Below, in pieces: positions 1 to 13,577 of a stretch of 64,000 nt of DNA (position 1 is its first letter; each line of letters begins with the position of its first letter). Source of the stretch: Eledone cirrhosa (taxonomy: Eukaryota); assembly GCA_964016885.1 (NCBI GenBank), contig OZ024743.1:221774001-221838000 (forward strand). Direction: 5' to 3'. Both the position numbers and the translations under genes were made by a program. The notes under the pieces were generated by a model, which made no database searches, was not told where the DNA came from, and worked only from the letters and a program-made list of their open reading frames with translations.

Positions 1-749
1 GGAAGCATTCTCTGGGAATTAAAGAAACGTTATTGAAAGGAACATTATGTAATAAAATCCAAAAGCACCGTAATCAGCATAAGATCAGCTTTAATGATGA
101 TTGGTACAAGGTTATATATATTGGTGAGAGAGGAAGGGCAGAGGGGTAATATTACTTTCGGGAACCCTCATATAACAACTTTATTTCTTTTTGGAAAATG
201 TAGAAGTCTACATTTTTCACGTATATGATTGAATTGACAATACTATTTTATTGTTTCTTATTTTATCGACCTACTGAGATTAAATAACGATGTCAATCTA
301 CTTTCCTTCCTCATTATATATATGTGTGTGTGTGAGACAGAGTGAGGGGGAAAGAGAGAGAGATGAGAGAGGTGGAGAGATCCATAGACAAAGTAAAAAA
401 ATGAAGGTTATATAATCAACCTATTTTATCAACTCACATCTCCCTCCCTCACATTCTCATTGTGTGCATATATATATATATATATGCACACGATCGTAAA
501 ATGATGAATTTTTCAATATAAGGAACCTGTTCTTTGTTTTTATTTCATTGTTTTTATTAATTTATCTTGACTCTGTTTTCCTAGGATTTTTCTCGTTAAT
601 TTTTGAATGCATTTTCTCTTTTCATGATATCTTCTATATTTGGATTACATTGAGTTCTTCATACGGATTAGACACTACCGTTTATTTTGGTAGATTTATC
701 TACATATATATATATACACACACACACACATATACATGTGTATATATAT

Positions 750-965
750 GGCATGTGACCTAGTGGTTAGAGCGTTGGGATTGCAATTGTGATGTTGAAA
801 GTTCGATTCTCAGACAACGTGATGTGTTGTGTCCTTGAGCAAAACATTTGAGCGACTATTGGTCTTCCGCCAACAACCTTGACCTTGGCCGGATTTGTAC
901 CTCGGAGGAGAACTTTCTAGGTGAAAATCACATGCTCTGGCCGAGGGAGGAGACTTCACCCTTTA
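750..965 (+). mobile_element. tRNA-derived SINE (family 1), diverged
   Basis: Pol III A-box-like TGACCTAGTGG (756-766) and B-box GTTCGATTC (801-809), followed by the SINE-type body GTGTCCTTGAGCAAAACA; not a complete tRNA cloverleaf. Confidence 0.65.
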
Positions 966-985
966 CACATATTCTTATATCATAG

Positions 986-1016
<31 letters not shown>

Positions 1017-1166
1017 TATATATATATATACACATACATATATATACATATAAATACATACACATACAAATACATATATATAAACATACATATATGAATA
1101 CATATATATATATATACATATACATACATATATATAAATACATATATATATACATATACATATATA

Positions 1167-1198
<32 letters not shown>

Positions 1199-1379
1199 CA
1201 TGCAAACATATATATATATACATATATACATATATATATACATATATATATACACATAAACATATATAAATACATATATATACATACTTATAAATATACA
1301 TATTGAAACATACATATACATATATATACATATACATACACACACACATTTTACTACTATTGCACTGTTCGAATCAAAA

Positions 1380-1560
1380 ATAATTGTTTCTACTTTAGGC
1401 ACAAGGCCAGCCATTACCCAGTTCATTACTGGTACTTTATTTTATCGACCCCGTAAGGATGAAAGGCAAAGTCAACCTCGGCGGGATTTGAACTCAGATC
1501 GTAAAGGGACGTAACTATGCTGGAAAGCATGGCGTCCGACCCTCTACCGATACTGCCAAT
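1380..1560 (-). mobile_element. tRNA-derived SINE (family 2)
   Basis: Reverse complement closely matches the + strand copy at 20473-20657 (GAGTTCAAATCCCGCCGAGGTTGACTTTGCCTTTCATCCTTACGGGGTCG...AAGTACCAGT...GGCCTTGTGCC). Confidence 0.8.
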
Positions 1561-1599
1561 CCACGAATCAAAAATAATAATCTCCAAGAGCATCATCAA

Positions 1600-2420
1600 T
1601 AACCAAAGAAGAGCTGAGGATGAATGGACCATTGAGAAAATTAAATTCAATCCCAATCTTTTAATTTGCTAAAGATCCCTTTCTCTACTCTTAGCCCTCC
1701 GATTGATGAAAATTGAATGCTAAAACCATGGGTGAGATATCGCAGAAACTTTACTGCTCTGTTTTCAGCAATCCTGATATGGCCGATCTGGGCTGTATCA
1801 GTGATGTTAATCCACAACACACTATATCGGACATAACGTTTGGCGCCTCTGATGTCTTAGCGGCAATAAATGAAATTAAATATAAATCAGCAGTAGACCC
1901 CTATAGATTCCCTGCTAGTGACCTGAAGGTGTGACGACACCAACTTAGATCTCCTCTTGCTAATCTGTGGAGGAACACACTAGACACTGGCTATATACCT
2001 GAAAAGTTTCTGTCCCTGTTTGTTGTCCCAGTTTTCAAAAATGTAAACAAGGCCATTGCAGTGAACTACCGTCCGATCTCACTCACCTTTCATTAAGGTA
2101 TCATTCAGGTATTTGAGGGGTGGGGGGTGAGATTACGAATAACTCACTTTCTTGAAAGTAACAATCTGTTGTACTCCAAACAGCATGGGTTTCGGAGTGG
2201 CAGGGGCTGCCTATCGCAGCTCCTGCATCACTTTGGTGGCATTTTAAGACCTTTGGGAGACCTTGATTTCAGCAAGGCCTTTGACAGGGTTGATCACAAC
2301 ATCCTGTTGAAAAAAACTATCGAACATTGCTGTCTCTGGAATGTTACTAACAAATAGAATATTACTCTGACAAATAGAGCCCAACATGTTGTGGTCGAAA
2401 AAATACAATCAAGTTCAGAC
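1600..2420 (+). pseudogene. Decayed non-LTR retrotransposon (CR1/L2/Jockey-like) reverse transcriptase fragment
   Basis: Interrupted frames give LANLWRNTLDTGYIP...VVPVFK...NYRPISLT, then FLESNNLLYSKQHGFRSGRGCLSQL and DLDFSKAFDRVDHNILLKK, which are typical LINE RT motifs; contains stops and frameshifts. Confidence 0.85.
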
Positions 2421-2674
2421 GGGATGATAGGGGTCGACTAGAAAAGCTCAGATTCCATAAAATTCAAGAAACAGATTCTATAAACTTCAAAATGGATAAT
2501 TCCGGACAAAGCCGCTACACCCGGGTATGTCTCAGAAAATAATAACTCTATACTTGAGTGCACCATGCTGTCCAAATCATGAAATGAAAGATTTCGCCAT
2601 TAAGTTAGAGATGGCTTGGGTTAATACCGGCCGAAACCTATCAAAGTTATATATAAATATATGGATAAACACAC

Positions 2675-2882
<208 letters not shown>

Positions 2883-3084
2883 GATGAGCTTGAGCACATC
2901 ATACTCTATATTGACTTTATCTTCTGTCTCCGAGATCCTCTTGTCACCGCGATTGGGATTTTACCTATCTCTATACCCACTAGACGTCTCTCCATGCAGT
3001 GAGTACTCACACGATTAGTAGTGTCCTTAGTCTCTGCACCGCAGGCTCTCTTTCTCTCTCTCCCTCATATATATATATATATAT

Positions 3085-3592
3085 ATATATAAAACTGAGG
3101 ATGTCTGTCTGTGTGTGTGAGTTTGAATCCCTAAAACTAGAGAAGCACCCAACCGACTGTTTTCAAACATTACACATGTAATACTTATGTTTCAGGGAGA
3201 GTTCAGAGCAAAGAAATTTTCAAATTTTCAATGCCCTAGGGACCACATTAGGCGATTTAGCGATCTCTCTCTATAATCTTTAGTCTTTCTCTTTTTAGAT
3301 AGATACATACATATAACGTCGCGCCCTTATAATATCTGTCTGTATGTCTGGCTGTCTGCTGCCTCCGGTTATTCTGCCACCCTTGCTCAAGACAAATCTC
3401 ACACTCATTCCCCAAACAGTTGGTAAGTGCACACAACTTCTTCATCACGTTTTAGGACACAGTGTTGCTTACTTACATACCACCAGACCCTTACTTCTTT
3501 GGCCAGCCGTGGTTGTGGCAATACTAGGCTTAGGTAAAGCGGTTATATATTTCACAATACCATATCCCGTGCAGCGCCGGGTACTGCTGCTA

Positions 3593-3593
<1 letters not shown>
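3085..3593 (+). mobile_element. Probable non-autonomous Helitron-like element
   Basis: Begins TATATAAAACTGAGGATGTCTGTCTG; ends with a GC hairpin CCCG-tgcagcgc-CGGG (3566-3581) 8 nt before CTAG (3590-3593) followed by T. The 5' TC terminus is not resolvable inside the (TA)n tract. Confidence 0.55.
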
Positions 3594-3656
<63 letters not shown>

Positions 3657-3659
3657 CTG

Positions 3660-3887
3660 ACATCTTTTCACAACTTGTTTTTGAATTTTAACTTTTATTT
3701 TCCACTTCATGTTTTATTATTATTTTCCACTAACTCCCCCCTCTATTACTCTCGGAGTCCCCCCCCCCCACTCTCCTGATGGAGGGCTTTTGCCCGAAAC
3801 GTTGCACGCACACCCCCAACTCTCACTAAGCGTGAACTTAATACCTTTTGTAACTTGTACTCCTGCGTTGTTGTTATTTCTTACTTT

Positions 3888-3890
<3 letters not shown>
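3660..3890 (+). mobile_element. PLE 3' terminus fragment related to the element at 53071-55103
   Basis: CTGATGG-AGGGC-TTTT-GCCC-GAAACGT (3776-3802) and AGCGTGAA.TTAATA...TTGTACT match 54985-55070; ends in (TA)n. Confidence 0.65.
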
Positions 3891-3949
<59 letters not shown>

Positions 3950-3996
3950 TTTATATTATATATATATATATATATATATAATACATAATATATATA

Positions 3997-4351
3997 TTTC
4001 GTTTCTGAATTTGTTTAGCAAGATTCTTTATCTGAAATCGTGTGTTGAAACCGATATTGTTATACTTTGGGAGGGTCATGTTGCCAATAAGAAACACACG
4101 CACCAGTTGCTTTCACTTCAATTTATTATATATTTATAAATTTATAAATTTACAAATCCACAAATTTATAAATTTCTGGTTGGTTGGTTGGTTCCACAAC
4201 CAGATAGTTGGAACCAACCAACCAACCAGAAATTTATAAATTTGTGGATTTGTAAATTTATAAATTTATAAATATATAATAAATTGAGGTGAAAGCAACT
4301 GGTGCGTGTGTTTCTTATTGGCAACATGACCCTCCCAAAGTATAACAATAT
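3997..4351 (-). mobile_element. PLE terminus hairpin, family A copy 1
   Basis: Inverted arms 4054-4196 and 4209-4351 (near perfect) plus unpaired 57-nt tail 3997-4053; (TA)n both sides; same sequence as 19637-20085 and 51543-52560. Confidence 0.85.
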
Positions 4352-4352
4352 A

Positions 4353-4388
<36 letters not shown>

Positions 4389-4389
<1 letters not shown>

Positions 4390-4478
4390 GTAATAATAAT
4401 AAATTTGAAGACTAAAATCCAAAGGGGGTTCGATAAGGATAAATATATAGCAAATATATAAGAACCGTAGAGCAAATA
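4389..4478 (-). mobile_element. Family E tail-only fragment in (TA)n
   Basis: Reverse complement matches 23385-23475. Confidence 0.7.
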
Positions 4479-4781
4479 TATATATATATATAGTTTTTCC
4501 TTATTAGGACTAAATGATGAGTGTCGTTCCCCTCGAGTCTCGCCGGTCTACTCACAAGACAAGAAGGAAACTCCGAGTAATAAGTCTCAGCACTTAGTCA
4601 TAATAAGAATATTGTAAGCCTCTAATTCCTTACTGAATATTCTTTCTTGCCTTTGTCAACGTCCTGTTTGTGTGAGTCCCATCTATTCATACGGCTCTGC
4701 TCTGGTACGAAACCTTTTTAATATTACTTAACCAGATTTTGGCATGCGAATCTATGGCTAGTTTAGGCTTGATGTTCGTTT

Positions 4782-4863
<82 letters not shown>

Positions 4864-5044
4864 CATTATCGGAGAAAGCTAATAGCGATACTCCGGCCAA
4901 ATTCCAACTCACTCAACAAACATTAGGAAATACCTGAGTATATTCCTAATTAAACGTTCGGGGTGCTAACTAATTGTATTGTGTGGAAAATTGGCTGTAT
5001 TATTTCATATGAGATATATCAAATATATATATATATATATATAT

Positions 5045-5232
5045 ATAGGAACAAGTAAGACCCCCACGGCTGAGCTCAAGCCGTTTCGACGGCTAATTCA
5101 GAATTAGCCGTCGAAACGGCTTGAGCTCAGCCGTCGGGGTCTTACTTGTTCCTATTACCCACTCTACTACCCTAAGTATTGAGTACTTTGGTGCGTTATG
5201 GTCCACCTGGTTCCTTACCACATTTCCTTCGT

Positions 5233-5233
<1 letters not shown>
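5045..5233 (+). mobile_element. PLE-type terminus hairpin, family D copy 1
   Basis: Arms 5045-5099 / 5101-5155, tail 5156-5233, (TA)n flanks; contains GAAA-CGGCT-tgagctc-AGCCG-TC (3' half of a hammerhead). Confidence 0.75.
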
Positions 5234-5293
<60 letters not shown>

Positions 5294-5561
5294 GCGTGCA
5301 TGTGTGAATGCACACGTATATAGAGATGTGCAAAAGAAAGTACTCCGAAACTTGTTTGTATATAGATTCCAATGCCTATATAGATTATCGATGCGCGCAC
5401 GTGCATTAATGTAAACATTAAGTTTTGCGCAAGTGTGTGTGCGCATCTCGAAATCAGTAAGAATAATCGATTTTAATCCGTCGTAGAAGCTTAAAGAGAC
5501 GAACATATTTGGATATATATACGACTAACCAGTAGAATGAATCTACATACATTTGTGTATG

Positions 5562-5618
<57 letters not shown>

Positions 5619-5668
5619 GTGTGATGTATAAACATCTTCCATACCAGTAAATAAATATGTGTGTGTGT

Positions 5669-5734
<66 letters not shown>

Positions 5735-5884
5735 AAAAAAATAAACAGAAATAACAAACCAAACAACACAGTACAATGAAGAAATATATTAGTTTCACTC
5801 TTGATTTAGTAGGAAAAGAATCTTAACGTTGTATATATGTATATAACATATATATAATATATATATTATTTTCTGATGACGGTC

Positions 5885-5918
<34 letters not shown>

Positions 5919-5989
5919 CATGTATATGTGTGTGTGTGTGTATATATATATATATGTGTGTGTATATATATATACATATATATATATAT

Positions 5990-6267
5990 AACAAAGGAAT
6001 TGTGGTAAGGAACCAGATGGACCATAACGCACCAGAGTACTCAATACTTAGGGTAGTAGAGTGGGAAATAGGAAAAAGTATGACTCCGACGGCAGAGCTC
6101 AAGCCGTTTCGATATATATGTGTGTGTGTGTGTGTGTATCTATATATATATATATATGTGTGTGTGTTTATATATATATATATATATATAAACACACACG
6201 CATATATATATATAGATACACACTTGAGCTCTGCCGTCGGGGTCATACTTTTTCCTATTTCCCACTC

Positions 6268-6270
<3 letters not shown>
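5990..6270 (-). mobile_element. Family D copy 2, arms separated by palindromic microsatellite DNA
   Basis: Long arm 5990-6112 (minus), short arm 6223-6270 (plus); homologous to 5101-5233. Confidence 0.7.
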
Positions 6271-6299
<29 letters not shown>

Positions 6300-6496
6300 C
6301 TACAGAATGGCCCTGTGAGTAGATAGGTGAAACTCCAGTCTAACAAGACTCCTCACCTACCTATGTATATATACGAGAATATGTGCTTCGAATACCATAG
6401 TATAGAAAACAGGAAAAGTAGCAATGATTTCTAAGTTTCAGCTTAAGAGAGAGAAAGAGTTAGATCAAGTGAAAGAGTAAGAGAGAGTGTGAGTGG

Positions 6497-6531
<35 letters not shown>

Positions 6532-6637
6532 TATAAGCCGATGAGCGTTTGTGAGAATAAATGCAGGGAAGTAAACAATATAGATATATATATGGCCTCA
6601 GCCGGATGGCTGGAACAGGTAAAAGAATAAAAGAGTG

Positions 6638-6684
<47 letters not shown>

Positions 6685-6714
6685 ATACGCTCAAATAATC
6701 ATGATAATATTTGT

Positions 6715-6878
6715 ATCTGATTTAGGCACAAGGCCAGCAATTTTGGTGACGAGGAAAGTCTATTAAATTGACCTAGTACATTACTGGTACTTTATTTTAA
6801 AGGCAAATCTAACCTCGGCAGGATTTGAACTCAGAACGTATAAATCATAAGTAAATACCGTAGGACACGTATTTGACT
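6715..6878 (-). mobile_element. tRNA-derived SINE (family 2), diverged
   Basis: TTTAGGCACAAGGCCAGC...ACTGGTACTTTATTT...AACCTCGGCAGGATTTGAACTCAG matches other copies. Confidence 0.7.
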
Positions 6879-7089
6879 GCAGTTTGGGTTTCGGTTTTAT
6901 GAAAATATACTATATTTTGCCTGTCGCATGCTTCGTGTATAGACAAGTACAGCATGAAGAGTATGTTAATAGAATTATCGAACTGCTTTCTGATTGATTG
7001 AAATCGAATACTACTGTCAGTATTGAAGAATGTCTCCCTGTGTTTACGTACATACAGAAAAGAAGTAAAATGTAGGTGTGTGTTTATAA

Positions 7090-7171
<82 letters not shown>

Positions 7172-7216
7172 TATGTGTATACATGTGTATATATATATAA
7201 ATATGTATATATCATA

Positions 7217-7249
<33 letters not shown>

Positions 7250-7250
7250 C

Positions 7251-7300
<50 letters not shown>

Positions 7301-7375
7301 TATGTGTATACATGTGTATATATATATAAATATGTATATATCATATGTGTGTGTGTGTGTATATATATATATATC

Positions 7376-7443
<68 letters not shown>

Positions 7444-7549
7444 CTTTTTTTCATTAAGTCTTATTTTCAATATTTCTTTTAAATAATATTTTGACTTGCT
7501 TTTTTTACCTTATATACACACACACGTATATATATACACACACACACAC

Positions 7550-7619
<70 letters not shown>

Positions 7620-7713
7620 CTGAACCCAGGACTCGTATATATATCAAACGTATATGTATACCTGTGTGAATTGATATAAACTGTTTATTATCGTTCAAAG
7701 AATCCCTATCCTG

Positions 7714-7764
<51 letters not shown>

Positions 7765-8289
7765 ACTGTGTGTGTGTGTGTGTGTTGACCATTCTCACTA
7801 TCACAGTGTTTCCCACCATTCCATCCATGATCCCCCTCACCCATATTTCTCCCTCCTGTCTCCTTGTTATATCTCACCCCCCCCCCTACCTCGTGCCATA
7901 CACACCCGGCATACTTTCTCGCCACTTCTCTCAATCACATCACCGCCTTTAAAACCCACCACACCTATCATACATTCAGATCACCGTACTTATCTTGCTC
8001 CTCTCTCCCCACCTTTCCCTCTCACCCTTCACATTAAACTGCCCCTCTCTCCCTCCTCTCACACTTGAGACTGCCCATCATTCCACCATCACACCCCGTA
8101 GGGTTGAAGGAGGTCTCTAGTTGAGTTATAGCTCAACACCCACTGTAGGCACCCGGAACACCCTGTTAAATGGCTGGAGTTATGAAGGGCATCCATCCGT
8201 AGAAAATATTCCAAGCAAAGTATTGAGATGACTCTTAAGTGGTGTAAAGGGCTCACCAACCTCCCTCGGACTGGTGCTACGTTTGTCTA

Positions 8290-9160
8290 CATGTATATGT
8301 GTGTATACATCCATGTATGTGTGTACATATACATCCATGTATATGTGTGTATATATCCATGTATGTGTGTATATATACATCCATGTATATGTGTGTATAT
8401 ATCCATGTAAAGGTGTGTATATATACATGCATGTATATGTGTGTATATATCCATGTAAAGGTGTGTATATATACATGCATGTATATGTGTGTATACATCC
8501 ATGTAAAGGTGTGTATATATACATTCATGTATATGTGTGTATACATCCATGTATGTGTGTATATAGACATCCATGTATATGTGTGTATACATCCATGTAA
8601 AGGTGTGTATATATACATCCATGTATATGTGTGTATACATCCATGTATGTGTGTATATATACATCCATGTATATGTGTGTATACATCCATGTAAAGGTGT
8701 GTATATATACATGCATGTATATGTGTGTATACGTCCATGTAAAGGTGTATATATATACATTCATGTACGCATACATCCATGTATATGTGTGTATACATCC
8801 ATGTATATGTGTGTATACATCCATGTATATGTGTGTATATATACATCCATGTATATGTGTGTATGCGTCCATGTAAAGGTGTATATATACATTTATGTAT
8901 GAATACATCCATGTATATGTGTGTATACATCCACGTATATGTGTGTATACATCCATGTAAAGGTGAGTATATACATTCATGCATATATACATCCATGTAT
9001 ATATGTGTATGCGTCCATGTAAAGGTGTATATATACATTTATGTATGAATACATCCATGTATATGTGTGTATACATCCATGTAAAGGTGTGTATATACAC
9101 ATATGTGTGTATATATGGATGTATATATACATTCATGTATATATACATCCATGTATATAT
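8290..9160. repeat. Minisatellite of alternating ~22-26 bp units
   Basis: Recurrent CATCCATGTATATGTGTGTATA and CATCCATGTAAAGGTGTGTATATATA units. Confidence 0.85.
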
Positions 9161-9284
9161 ATATATATGGTGGGGTGTACATGTATATGTGTATACATCT
9201 ATGTATATGTGTATATATACACAGTCATATATACATACACACACACATGAATGTATACACATATATATACAAATACACCCCCCC

Positions 9285-9332
<48 letters not shown>

Positions 9333-9418
9333 GGGGAGAGTGTACTTGTATATGTATGTGTATACATACATGTGTGTGTGTATGTATATATGACTGTGTG
9401 TATATATACATATAAATA

Positions 9419-9450
<32 letters not shown>

Positions 9451-9839
9451 GGTGGGTGTGTGTATGTATATAAGACTGTGTGTATATATATACATATAAA
9501 TATGTGTGTGTGTGCGCGCGCGTGGGTGTGTGTGTGTGTAAACTTCAAAGGAATAACGATACTTAATTCAGACATAACATACCACGCCGACCTAATATTT
9601 ATTGATCAAATATAAATTATTGTACGGAAGTGTCAAATGAAGGCTTTTCTTTTCTATTCATGACACTAAACTTATTGTAGCAACAAGATGTTTCGTCTTT
9701 ATGTGTGACTGTGTGAATGCCTGAGTATATTGTCTACACGTTTGTGAAGGTAAATTTTAAAGTTACAGAGAGATATATCGATAAATATACAAACACATAT
9801 AGCGTATTATAGTTGATGATGATATAAGTCTGTTTACTC

Positions 9840-9959
<120 letters not shown>

Positions 9960-10020
9960 ATTTTGAGTATATGTTGGTTGTATACCAACACCTCAGTATG
10001 CAGATTGGACCACTCGACCG

Positions 10021-10088
10021 AAATATATATAGCAGTAATAAACGAAGCCAAATTTTAAATATTTGACTTATTTATTTTAGTTTATTTC

Positions 10089-10149
<61 letters not shown>

Positions 10150-10405
10150 AATATAACTTAATTGTTTATATATAGTTAATATATATATATATATATAGTT
10201 AATAAATGAAACCAACAAACCACAAGAGACAATGTTTACACAGTTTATATCTGGTTCATATATATATATAAATGAAAATATAGAAATTAATGTGAGCAAG
10301 GAGCCAACAGTATTTCATAATATATATATACATATAAAATAAGCTAAAATAAATAAGTAAAATAGTTAAAATTTGGCTTCGTTTATTACTGCTATATATA
10401 TATTT
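10021..10405. mobile_element. Inverted pair of TA-associated PLE-type termini (family F)
   Basis: 10021-10093 is the approximate reverse complement of 10331-10405; CGAAATATATATAGCAGTAATAAA resembles the 3' half of the hammerhead at 30441-30496. Confidence 0.55.
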
Positions 10406-10546
10406 ACACACACACACACACACACGCCGAAACTTCGAATTTACAGCCGCATTTTTCTTCGGAAAGTCAAACTTTGCTCACAGGTATTACGTGTTCATTC
10501 AGTTGTTTGAATGTTCTATTAGGTATACATAATAAACACACACACA

Positions 10547-10608
<62 letters not shown>

Positions 10609-10696
10609 TAGACAATGAGTTACATGTATACACTGTCCTCGATCCACATTACTAAAATTCATAAGACTCCAATAACACAAAACGATTACTAATATA

Positions 10697-10753
<57 letters not shown>

Positions 10754-10784
10754 CATATGTGTGTATGCGTGTGTGTTTGGTAAA

Positions 10785-10831
<47 letters not shown>

Positions 10832-11418
10832 TTCATATCCGATGAAGGTATGTTATCGTATATATAAATACGACATTTACTGTAAGTAAACCACATGTAA
10901 ATAGATGTATATGTAAACACGTATACTTATATAGCCATCTATTGGTTCGATATATTTTTATCTATCACATATTAATCGATGACAATTCTGGGATTGATAC
11001 TACCGGGTAAACGAAGCTAGCATCAAGCTTTCGATCGTAGCTTCTAACCATTTTACTGCATGAAAAAACACGGCATGGTTGTCGATAATGGGGCTTGTTT
11101 TTGTTTTTGTTGTTGTTTAAAATACATTGTCAGACGTTGTATATGTTGTGAGTGTGTGTATAATCAATGACTTTATATATATATAATAACAATGCCAAGT
11201 TTATATTTATGAAAATAAATAGGAAGAAAATCAAGGCGTGTGAAAAATTGAGAAGGGCCTATGTTTACGTTTAGCATACGATTGCGTGTGTGTGAGTAGT
11301 TGTCGTCTGGTAAGTGTAGATGTATATATATCATGGTAATTCCGTGTTAATAAATCCGTTATTAGTTTATAGGTAGAGATTAATAAACCCCTTATATATA
11401 TATATAAATATATATATA

Positions 11419-11505
11419 AAGCTCTTCTATATTAAAACTTTTCTACTCTGCTATGTATTGAGTACCTTACTTACTGTGGTTACCTCCGATTCAACCCGGA
11501 ATAAC
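11419..11505 (+). mobile_element. Family C terminus fragment
   Basis: CTATATTAAAAC...GTATTGAGTACCTTACTTACTGTGGTTACCTCCGATTCAACCCGGAATAAC then (TA)n; reverse complement of 52722-52793. Confidence 0.75.
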
Positions 11506-11517
11506 TTATATATATAT

Positions 11518-11567
<50 letters not shown>

Positions 11568-11847
11568 TTTTAAGTATGTAGGTATGTATGCCAGTAAGTA
11601 CGATGGTCTAAACATACATATACGAATACATTTAAATGTGTGTGCGTGGTAAATTATACACATGTTCGTGTTTATATATGTATATATGCATTGACAGTGT
11701 GCACAAGGCATATATATATATATATATGTGTATATATACACACATATATATGCATATATTTATCTACATATCTATTTATACACACACACACACACTCACA
11801 TATATATATACACACACATATATATATATATATTCACATATATATAT

Positions 11848-11928
<81 letters not shown>

Positions 11929-12678
11929 TATATGTGTGTGTGTATGTTCTGTATACGTGTGTGAGTGTGTATAAGGATATGTGTTTGTGTGTTTACACGT
12001 GGGTATAAGTTTATGTTCATGAGTATTTGTGTACCTGTGTGTATGTGTGTATTTTGTATGATCCTGTTTGTGTGATCACTGTGTGTTTGAGTGTGTGTAT
12101 ATGTGTGTATGCACAGGTTTGTATATTTAAGTACGCACATGTATGAATACGTGTGTACGCAGAGATATGTATATGTGTGTACACATTTTTATTTTGTCAT
12201 AGTTTACACAGGTTTTCGTCAGATTTTGGGGGCTTCTTTATAGGAGGGAAGAAATCATGATGTCATGGCGTTCATGCCCCTTTCTTTTTATTTATTATGT
12301 CTTGTTATCTTTTTAAGAAATAGCTGCATTCATGGCTGGCAATAAAGGAAATAAAGGGAGAATGAAGTGGCACTCACACACATTCACACAAATACACACA
12401 CGCACAAACACAAATATATACGCATATACACGATCCGACGGGGAAACACTTACCCTAACGAAATTTAACCCTAAACCTAACGAACTCAAATTCTAACAAA
12501 TTCTAACTCTAACCCAGAACCTGACGGACCCTAAACTTACTCCTTACTTAATTTCTTCAAAGGCAGTTTATTGTCAATGATACCTGCTTAAAAATATAAA
12601 AGGCCTCCACATAGTAATTTTAAAATGTGAGGCGGGTTAAGCATTAGGACCTAGTCCGCCGGTTTGAGATCCCTTCTT

Positions 12679-12938
12679 CCCTTCCTCTCACCACTTATTA
12701 GGGCTGTGAAAAGTGTTCGTAGGCCTCGCCCTTCGTCTCACCAGTCATGAGGGCTGTGAAAAAGACTCGTGGTCCCCGCCCTTCATCTCACCAGTCCTGA
12801 GGGCCGTGAAATGAGCTCGTGGGCCCCGCCTTTCCTCTTACCAGTCTTGAGAGCAATGAAATGGGCTCGTGGGCCCCGCCGTTCCTCTCGCCTGTCTGGG
12901 GGGCTGTAAAAAGGGCGCGTGGGCACCGCCCTTCCCTA
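12679..12938. repeat. GC-rich 50-bp tandem repeat, 5 diverged copies
   Basis: Units like CCCTTCGTCTCACCAGTCATGAGGGCTGTGAAAAAGACTCGTGGTCCCCG start at 12679, 12729, 12779, 12829, 12879. Confidence 0.85.
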
Positions 12939-12984
12939 CCTGATTAAATAATTATTATTATCATTATTATTGCTTTATTTGATT

Positions 12985-13150
12985 TTTAATTTAGGCACAA
13001 GGCCAGTAATTTGAGGTGAGGGAAAAGTCGAATATATCGACCCCGGGAAGATGAAATGTAGAGTTGGCCTTGGCGGTATTTGAACTCAGATCGCAGAGTA
13101 CCGGAAGTATTTTTTCCGACGCTCTGACGATTCTGCCAAACCACCGCCCT
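12985..13150 (-). mobile_element. tRNA-derived SINE (family 2)
   Basis: TTAGGCACAAGGCCAG...ATCGACCCCGG...ATTTGAACTCAG...GATTCTGCCA. Confidence 0.7.
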
Positions 13151-13577
13151 AATAATTTCAATAATAATTATAATAACTAGATAAAGGTTCAGAGAGAATA
13201 GAGGAAGGTTTCAGATGATCTATTGATCAATATGAAATATTGATTTTTGAGAATCGCACAAGGCTACAAATGTGTTCAACAGAGAGATGTGGAGGTGTTG
13301 AGGTGTTATCGACTCCTAACCCCACCAAGTTCAATCAATTTATCATCATCACCTCCCGTGGTATGCCATGTAGTGTTTATATTTCATCGAACGCAGCATG
13401 GAGAAATGAAAAGCAAAGCCGACCTACCTGGAATTCGAACTTAGATTATAAAGAGACAAATATATATATACTGGGCTGTTTGTTTATTTTGTGTTTATTT
13501 TAGGTGGAGGGTATGAGAAATTACGAAGAACAGATATGATACAACATTCTAACACCCAACACCTTTATAACAGTATA

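Noticed and set aside
750-815. tRNA gene
   Set aside because: A and B boxes are present but no convincing cloverleaf, and it continues into SINE body sequence.
4495-4780. Possible hammerhead in a TA-flanked insert (ATGATGA...GAAACTCCGAGTA); similar weak cases at 10840, 23852 and 51406
   Set aside because: Core boxes are mutated or stems I and II cannot be formed adjacent to them; not supportable by eye.
12450-12540. Telomere-like (TAACCC) motifs
   Set aside because: Few, highly degenerate and non-tandem; insufficient for an interstitial telomere call.
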